A DNA stretch of 64,000 nucleotides from Phoronis australis (lineage: Eukaryota; Animalia; Phoronida). The notes beneath the pieces are model-generated. The model did not search any database and had not been told where the DNA came from. It saw only the letters and a program-made list of their open reading frames with translations. Within the stretch, counting starts at the first letter, position 1; every line of letters begins with the position of its first letter. The translations under genes and the position numbers were made by a program. Positions 54,973 to 64,000 of the stretch are shown here, one piece after another. The stretch is taken from contig NMRA01000882.1 of assembly GCA_002633005.1 (NCBI GenBank), forward strand, positions 46,564 to 110,563, in the 5' to 3' direction.

Positions 54973-56950
54973 CAGGTGAGGTAATATATTCAGTTGAGTT
55001 AAGTTGAGCTTATTAAGCGCTATTTAGTCATCAACAAGTATGAAGCGAACTCGTCAATTAAGACTGCTGAACTCTGCAGTCTCTCGTTGTGTACGTTTTA
55101 ACGGCTTACATTGTTTGTTTTTTATACACTGTCTACAGTAATGAGAACACGGAAGTGAGTGCCTTTCGACTGATCACGACTCAGATTTGGTGGGCAGAAC
55201 TTTAATTACTGCATGTACATACATGAACAGTGTGCAACGTAGTGGTTCATCAATTGAAAAACAGGAATAAACTCTAGCGTCCGCTATTCCAATTGTTCGA
55301 ATAGTTTAAGTATACAAAATGATTTTAGCTTATGGACACCGGCTGGAATCGTATGTCATCCCTTTTGTCATCTGCGACCACTGACATTGCCACGGATTCT
55401 TCTTCGAGCGGGGAATATACATGTATGGAAAATGACGTCCTTTTCCATCCATTGCTACTTCAAAAGTTTACTCTTTTCGTCAGGCATAGTACGTCTCAGC
55501 TTACAGTACAATTGTGAAAATTTGAAACATTATAGTAGCAATTGTGTTGAAAGGTTGCACTTACTCCTTGGTCGCAAAGTCCCGTCCGCGTTACAAGGGA
55601 CTTGTAGGTGGCGTCAAACGCATGCGCACTTATTAGACCTGATCGCTGTCCTGCGGCCGGAACAGTGAATTTCGAAACGAAAAGGCTTCTTCGAAAGTCA
55701 TCTATTACAGTAAGTCTGGCGGATTAAATCAATCAAATAGAGTTTGCCCAATATAATACAAACACCTGTGTTTCAAAAAGTCTTACTGTAATTAGAAAAT
55801 GTTATTCCAAAATATACGCAATCGAGACAGAGACTTGAAATTTAGCAGAACAATACTTAAAAAGTCAGGAAGCCTAAAAGCTAAAAAAAATTATAAATAA
55901 CTAGATCGCTGTCTCTCGTGAGTTTGGAGGCCGACTGCAGAGTCTTTTTGTAAGGATGGGCATCCAATAGGCATAGGCATTGTGAAAAGTCTTCTCCTAA
56001 AATAAATCTAATGACATTCTGTGCATAGTTGCCAATATCCTAAAACGAAAAAGCCGCAAGGGTCGTTCGAACATACGGAAACAGCCATATGCACGGCGTT
56101 TTTATCTTTGCTGTAATGCCCGTCGTATAGAGTGAATGGAGCAAACAGCCTGGTGGACATGTGTAACTATGTAATGACAAAAGACGTGTGGTTTTGGTCG
56201 CCCACCGCCGTTTGCAGATTATATCATCGAAGCCTCAAGTTGAAGTGTTATTCTTTCCAAAAAGAGGGAGAGATGCTATCAGTGTTATTGCAGACTCTTT
56301 TTCTAAAAATATGTTTAGCTAGTAAGGAGAAACGTTGCTTGGTTGAGATCACCACATGCAACTAAAGTGGGCCTATATCACTAGGGAACCAGGAGACATT
56401 CACTATAAGCTACTCATTGTAGATGCCTAGACGGACGCACATCTCGTGAAACGATGAGGCTTAATCAGGAAACAGAAACGCATATTTTGCGATCCAGTCC
56501 CCCACTAAACAAATATTGCCGCCTCAGTACATTGAGAGCCAGTTTTTTTCTTCTAAATAACGAGCATCAAGGTGGTTCTCATACAGGCACTATTGTGCGA
56601 ATTTTTATTCGCTACTTCACGATTTTTGGAAAAACCGAACAGCCAAACCGTTGAAACCGATGTAGAGCCTAACAATGTGATCAATGAGGGTTGTGTATAG
56701 CACAACCGATTATATCCATTCTTCAACTCATTTTTTAGAAGCCTATAATGTACTCACACACTAAATGATTACAGGAATACGACCGCTGTAAACGCACTAT
56801 GCGAACGGATAGTTGAAGGTATACAATGGACATGCAAACTCATACTCTCCAACTCGATAGTTACAGGCTTACATCTGCATGTATTCTCCAACTGAATCGT
56901 TACTGTTCAGTTACTGTATCTACACAAACTTCTTTTCTTTGTTTTCACAG

Positions 56951-57257
56951 TGGATTTGAGCATCTGAAGATGACGGACAGACGGCAGTCCATGATATTGC
57001 TAGACGAGTTCGAGATTATTATCTCGAAGCTACGAGAGAAGGGCTTGACCACATGCATTGATCATGAACATCTACACGGTATAATGAGAAGATTGCGACA
57101 TCAATATGGATCGGCAGTGCCAAACAACGTCATAAACTTAACACAGGGACGAATATCCCGGTGCTGTAAGTTTGCCTGGGACTCTGGATCAATGTACAAA
57201 TTTTGCAAATCTTGGAATATCGCTCTTCAGAAATTGGTCGTTGTGTTCACATACTAA
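56951..57257 (+). other. Possible exon with a 95-aa ORF from ATG 56970 (MTDRRQSMILLDEFEIIISKLREKG...)
   Basis: Strong polypyrimidine acceptor cttcttttctttgttttcacag at 56950. No recognisable domain. Confidence 0.3.
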
Positions 57258-58306
57258 ACTTGAAGCACTGCTCCCAAAAACTCGATTAGGAATTGTTCTT
57301 GCTTGCATACAGGGAAACCAAAAATATTGTTTTGTTAGTTTCATGAAAAATGGAAGGTTCCAGGAAACTGTACCGGCTATTTTGGGATTAGGAAATTGAG
57401 TCTTGTTATTTAAGCCAAAACATGTAGGTTTTTATAGGTGCACCTTTGTTTTTTGCTAAACTTCAGTTACACGACCCACTTGACCCAATTGATGGCAGAT
57501 TGGAATTGCGTCTGGCCTTTTTCAGAAAATGTTTTTTCTTCACAGAGTTAATATATACTTCGTTTGATCGTCAATTGAAAGTGCTGTCTTTACAGTACTG
57601 ATAAGTAGTACCAAATGAACAGATTTAGAACGTGTCACTTGACAAGCACAAAATTCATTACACATTTATTAAAGCACGTTTTGCTCACTCAAATGTTGTA
57701 TGAACACACGCTGTAATTGAAATATGTTCCTGCAGGCCCGCCACACTATGCACAGCGAACCGAAGGTGGACGACTCATAGCTCAAGCAACATACTTTTGC
57801 GGTGAGAAAGCGTTTGCAAAGTTCGAACTTATAACTAACATTTTGAAGTATAAATATTACACTCATCAATGTGAATATTTCGATTGACTGTCAGGGTCTC
57901 ATTATATGAGCGAAAACGATGTCCAACCTTTTTTCTCAAAAACAAATTTTTTGAAGATGGTCGCCGTAACTTTCACAAATGATTTGCTTAGTGTGAAAAT
58001 TATATTTTTTTCCTTTAATATACTAACTACGAAACTGTGTCTGCGATTTTTAATACCTTTACCCTGACAGCTGTCAAAATTCAAGATCCGTTTTTTAAGG
58101 AATTTTGACACCTTCATTTTTTACAAAATAAATAATCGTAATGCTTGAAATTGCGGTGCCATTTCCCGTGGTAAACAAGCATGCCTGACGTCCAAATTTG
58201 GCAAAGTTACTGAGGAACATCGTGTTTCATAAAATGCAGATTGGGTTTACATGAAACGTCTCTACATTTTGCGTGCCACTTGGCAGGCCTTTTTCCATGG
58301 AGGACT

Positions 58307-58688
58307 ATTATTGGGGACAAATAAAACAACAAGAATAATGTATATTTTAAGTTGTATTGGGAAATTCAGGGTCACAGCTCTACAAATAAATATTTCACAG
58401 AAGGAACCAGATGGGTTCCTTAATTACAATAGATAACCCACACATTTCCGATACCCAAAGTAAAATTGAGTATCGGAAGAAGTATAAAATTGGCTAATTA
58501 GGAAAACTTACGAGTGAACGTAGTGTTGCTTGTGGCTGGGCCAACAGGAAGCTGGAGAGAAAGAACAAACAGCGCTACCATCGGACTTGGTAGGAACTAC
58601 CTAGGAGTTGGATATGAAGCATGAAGGGCTGTCTAATGTTATTTGCCCAAATAATAAGATTTATGTCAGAGTGCCATCAATCTCATTA
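58307..58688 (-). mobile_element. Unclassified interspersed repeat, copy 3 (short, inverted)
   Basis: Reverse complement of the two ends of copies 1 and 2, joined directly. Confidence 0.75.
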
Positions 58689-61503
58689 AAAATAGTTTTA
58701 TTTATTATTTTGATGAAACATGTGAAATTGCATGAAATCTGGAGTGGTCTTTCTAAGGTTCCAGTTTGAATATTTGTATCAAACGAAATTTAGTCATGTT
58801 ATTCATGCCGTTAGATTGGTGGATCGTTTATTTTTTCTAATTTTCACAGAAACCACATGTACATTCTCTTCGGAATCCTTCATTCTATTACTACAAATAT
58901 GTTTCTGCAGTCGTTTTACAAGCGTATTACCCTGAGAATTGCCAAAAATAGACTAATGTCTTTTTTGAACGAATTCTGACGCCAGCGTTTTTGAAAAACA
59001 GCCATGTTTGAATACTACGGCGAAGTCTGTGAAAAGATAATATTTAACAAAAAAAGTTATTATTTTTGTTCTCATGATAACATTTTGGGAGCATCAAGGA
59101 TTTTAAAAATAAAACTACATAGGTCTACGTTAAATACTAATGAGGCTGTTTAAATTTTTTATCCTCAGTAACGAAGGTAAAATTTAGTTTAAAGTTATTT
59201 TTCAAAAAAGGCAAATGCAGCACAGCTGGGCGTTGGTTGGCAATGACTTTCGGGTATTGGACTTACAACTCAGCTGTAGCCTGCTAAGTTTTTAATAACA
59301 GTATGTGAACAGGGAAGACGGCGTTCCAAGGAGCTTGTCAGGTACTTAACTATGTACTTGCACCACCTTGACGGGCAATATACACGGGTATCATAAATCG
59401 TTAGTTGAAACCATGTCAAATGTTAGAAATTATCCGCGTCAATTCATGCTCGTGTTATTTGTAGGTGTCAGCTTGAGAGGCAGACTAGTCACCACGGACA
59501 GTCAGCCTGTATATTGCCATGCAGACTGGTGACACTGCGAGCCACCTATTGGCAGGCCAAGGTAATATAATCGTCAAACGAATAAGTATTTCAGAAAATC
59601 ATCACTAGCATATTGTTCAAAATGATTGCATGTCGCTGACAAGTCATCGGAGGTCAAGCAACAATCCGTGGAATCTATATAATTAGCTTAGAATTAGTGT
59701 GTTTAAAATCAATATGAAGTCATGAAAGTAGTCTTTGAACTTGGAATAGCTGATCAAAGAAATTTAAAATACAAAACCAAAGCTAGGTCACCTGGGCCAA
59801 ACCAACTGTTTCAACGTATTCCTGACTAGTCAAAGAATACCGTCACAAGGAATATCCATAGCTTGTGATTCGAAACAATTCAGAAAATCACGAAACCCAC
59901 TATTTCCACCAACATTTGACCGAGTTAGATCGAATGCAGGTTATTTCGTAGTCAAATGAATGTTTAAAAAGACGTCGTATTGGAAGGGGCACTCTAATTC
60001 GGAATCACCAAACACCTGTAAATATCAGTTTAAATTGTGTACATGTTCGCCAGTTTAAAATGAAACTTAACTTGATCACTATACTAATATACGGCATTTT
60101 TCCACCAGTTCAGACTGCAGCTGAACAGGAAGTTTATTGCAAGGGGTAACACGTGCGCAAGGAAGTTATGCTAAATATACTCGACATTCCAGAGAGTAAC
60201 AGTTGGACAAAAGCTACACTGTATGTCAAGCGGCCTGTTGACAAAGACGATGTATATAGCAACGTTTGCTCTCGCTCCCGTTTATGCAAAAAGTGATTTT
60301 AACGGTGTTAGTAGTATAAGTGATATGTGCCATATACGTTTGTAAACAGGAGTGTGGGCTGTGTACGGTCTGTATGTGTATAAGACCAATATCGTTACTG
60401 TGTATAAGATATATATGTACCAATTAACGCATTGTAGTATTCTCTGGACAAGACCTTATTTAGTATATAATTTAGTATTTTTCCAACCTCGTTTATTTGT
60501 GAAGTCTGTTTCAAATGAAAAGGTTTCATATTTGTGTTTATGACCAATTTTGATACTGCAGTGCAAGGGACTGCGCGTTTTGCTAATTTTGCGTAAACCA
60601 ATTGCCTCATGTTAATCATATAAAACTTAGTAGCCCTAAATGCATATGCGATTTAACTTACATTCAATAAAACTTGACGCCCTGTTCGCCAAGTTCAAAT
60701 CATGCCAACATACAGTATAAGGTTGCTGGGCCGTGTGGAAGGTTGGGATAACTTCCCCCCATGAATCGGGCTACTGTACATGTACATCCTAGGGCCAGCC
60801 ACGCAACATAGCCGGTCCCAGTACCTTGAAGTAACACATTTTTTCCTGTTTCAGCCACGCATGCTTGGCGAACTGCAGATTTAAGCTCACTAGCGACAGG
60901 TTGTGTATAAGGTGGACGTTTAGTCCACGAACACCTGGATTCACTGAATAACTTTTAAACCCTGCGACTGCAGTTTAGACGGTGAACTTCCTCCTGAACT
61001 ATTTCCATTAACATTCACGGTCACAGACCCAAACTAGAGTCTCTACCAAAATACACGTAACCTTACTAGAGAGACACAGTTAGAAGCATTTCTGTATACA
61101 TTGTTGATTTCTTGCACACCACATCGTTTATAGAACCTTGCGTTGGTAATAATGATATTTTGACATGATTGGCTGTTATTGCAACTGACGCATTCAACTG
61201 TTGAGATTCACCTGGGTTTTCAATTCTCACAGATTCACGCGCTGACTGCAGATTTTGGACTCACTCGCTAAAAAGTGCGGGAGTATTCTTCTGTTCTCAA
61301 ATATTTGCTTAATTATACTGCATGTTATTTCAGAACTTCGAATGAGCTGACAGTTCGTCGTTTTTTCTTCACATTAACTATAACAATCCAGGTCACAGCT
61401 TAAAACAGGGAATTTTAAGAACGAAACTTGTTTTTGAACGAGAAATGTTGATTAATAAAGTTTGAAGAAGACTGCTCGGCTGAGATAAGATCTGCATTTT
61501 AAA

Positions 61504-61753
61504 GTATGGATAATAATGTCCAAGCTAAGTATGTATGATACTGTCCAGTCTAAGTATGCATAATAATGCCCAGTCTAAGTATGCAGGATAATGTCCAGTC
61601 TAAGTATGCATGAAAATGTCCAGTCTAAGTATGCATAATAATGCCCAGTCTAAGTATGCAGGATAATGTCCAGTCTAAGTATGCATGCTAATGTCCAGTC
61701 TAAGTATGCATAATAATGCCCAGTCTAAGTATGCAGGATAATGTCCAGTCTAC
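61504..61753 (+). repeat. 25-bp minisatellite, 10 copies, with a 75-bp higher-order period
   Basis: Unit gtatgcataataatgcccagtctaa, with three variants cycling. Confidence 0.95.
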
Positions 61754-61842
61754 ACATTCAAATGGCACTTACAAGTTTGATAAAGTGCGATATTGTTCAG
61801 GGGCAAGACGACTTTATACTATAGGAGACTTACGTCTACATA

Positions 61843-62300
61843 CCTAGAGTTTGATCACTAACAGTAGGTAACTACCAATCCACATGCAGCACATGAACAC
61901 GTGCAATCACTACTGTGCGGTAACAAGAAATAGTAATACAAGTACTAATTAAACAATTGAATATATGCACACACAAGCGCATGCAGGCACATGCGCACAG
62001 TCACGTTGCAACACCAACAACAAGACATCAACAACAACGTCAACAATAACAACGACAATAACAACAACAACAGTAACAGCAAGAACATCCTAGAGTTTGA
62101 TCACTAAAGTATGTAACAACCAGTAACTCACATAGCACGTGAACACGCGCCATCACTATTGAGCGGCAACAACAAAGATCAACGCAAGTACTATCCAAAC
62201 TTTGGAATATACGCACACATACGCACACGCACAATCTCGTGACAACACCAACAAGAAGACATAAGTGGGGAACATCAAAAACAACAACAACAGTAGCAAC
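61843..62300 (+). repeat. Two tandem ~246-bp copies with AAC-rich tails
   Basis: cctagagtttgatcactaa at 61843 and 62089, followed by collinear sequence and (aac)n-like tracts. Confidence 0.85.
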
Positions 62301-64000
62301 AATAAGGTCATCATCAAGAATCCCAACAACAAAACTAAGTGTCAACAAGCATTGCATAAAAAATAAAAACAACTGAAAACTAAACATCTTAACAAGAAAA
62401 CAGTACAGAGATTAACATCAGGAATTGTTTAAAGGGACATTCAATATTTTCCGTGGAATCTTTACATTAATTTTGACAGTCAGGCAATTTTTCAGGACAA
62501 CAAACAGAACACTCAAGGAACTTGTTTAAATAGCTTCATGCACCAGCTCAAATTGACATTTAACACATCCCAACAACTGAACACCAACAGATGACAACAA
62601 TACCAGTTATTCTATTCCACTTTCCGAGGTCTTTACTAAACAATGTACACTAACAATGTTTTTTCCAAGACCAGACATTGCAAGTAATAAACGCGCAGGG
62701 TTTAGTGTTACTGTTATTGCAAAGTGAAATTTTTGGAGTGCATCAATTCAAAAGATTTCTATTTTAGTGTCAAATGACGAAAAGAATCTATAAAACTTTG
62801 TATGACAAAACATGTGACGTTTTTAGAAATAGTAAAAAGTTCTTGAACTTCATTGCTGCTGACACCATGGAAAGAAGGACCAAAGAGCGTGAGGAATACA
62901 ACATAAAAAGTCACAATGAAGTTGACATCATACCGCATTGCTTATGAAACATCTGATATACATGTAATTCAACGGTCATAGAAAAGAGTTTTTAAAGTGC
63001 CAATAAATATATTATTTGTTCAAGTCAACGCAACGGCCCAGGATCTGGTAGAACTGGAGTGGGAAATACCCACGATGAAGGTACTGGTGTTTACGGCGAC
63101 ATCTATTGTCAATGATCAAAACTACTAAACTAAGGCCAGAAATGCCTTTGTTTCCGCATACCTGATCCAGCTTTTAACATTCAGGTACGTAGGTATAGGT
63201 TAATTATCTTAAGTTTATAAATCTTCATCAGGTCAGTTTTGCATTCATGTCCATGAATGGCCAAAACGTGATATATACACTTGGCACCAAGGGCACAAAA
63301 TGATCCTCAACATAAAACCTAGGTCCTTACAGAGATAACACTTCAATTTTGATTCCGGAATGCTTTTGGAATGTTATCCACCCTTCCATTCGACCTGGAA
63401 GTGATTTCAATGTCCGCCGCAATATTTTAATCCGTTAAAAAGATTGGAAACCTCCGCCAACCAGAAATTTCACGGACCAGCACAAATCTTGTATTGCTAA
63501 TACTCCATCGATAGCGAATATTTTGAAAAAAAAATATTTTAAGCCATTCTAATTAAAAATTGCACCAATCACAATGATTGATTGTACCTGCTGATCGACT
63601 CTTCCTAATGTGACTCTTCCTAATGTTTCCACTATTTTTCAACCAATGAGAGACGCATTTTCAAGAGCATTGAGGAGAAAAAGGAATTGGAGCCCACGAG
63701 CAATTTTGTGCAGGGATGAAGATTTTGCCTGGTTTTTGTAATGGAAAAACCTACCAAGCCACGAATATGGATTAACTATCAGTCCTCAGTCATGTAAAAG
63801 TCGTTACAGCTAGTGAGTAAAATTTGCGAGATAATTCGTGAAACAAATTTTCTGAGTCCGTGGCTTTTAGCGGGTCTGTTGCGTTGGGCGAAACAGATTC
63901 ATTTTTTATTTAGACTTGATCATCAGCAGATTGATTAATGAGAGGTACACGACTGTACACGTACATACGATTCGTCAATTATTGCACATAATGTCGAAGT

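Noticed and set aside
61504-61753. CRISPR-like appearance of the 25-bp repeats
   Set aside because: Head-to-tail tandem units with no spacers.
62040-62387. Hydrophobic, Cys-rich 115-aa ORF
   Set aside because: Translation of the antisense strand of AAC/AC microsatellites.

Overview
AT-rich eukaryotic (metazoan, probably invertebrate) genomic DNA. It is mostly intronic or intergenic, with one assembly gap (34160-34818). There are no prokaryotic operons, rRNA/tRNA genes or CRISPR arrays, and almost all ORFs in the supplied track look spurious. Supported content: (i) two probable 5' coding exons of an unidentified minus-strand gene (13156-13100, 4624-4529); (ii) a frameshifted EAR/EPTP-repeat (TSPEAR/LGI-like) gene remnant at ~29 kb; (iii) three independent decayed THAP zinc-finger sequences, two of them inside TTAA-flanked Kolobok-type DNA transposons; (iv) many MITEs, including a family with 5-bp TSDs (hAT5-like) and a Harbinger-like copy whose empty site survives in a local duplicate; (v) an unclassified three-copy interspersed repeat; (vi) an old ~2-kb triplication, two copies of which keep a TTTCAG|GTAAGT splice motif; (vii) several minisatellites. 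I found no convincing new multi-gene system. The best leads are transposon architecture and the triplicated splice-motif block. All family assignments come from reading motifs by eye, not from database searches.
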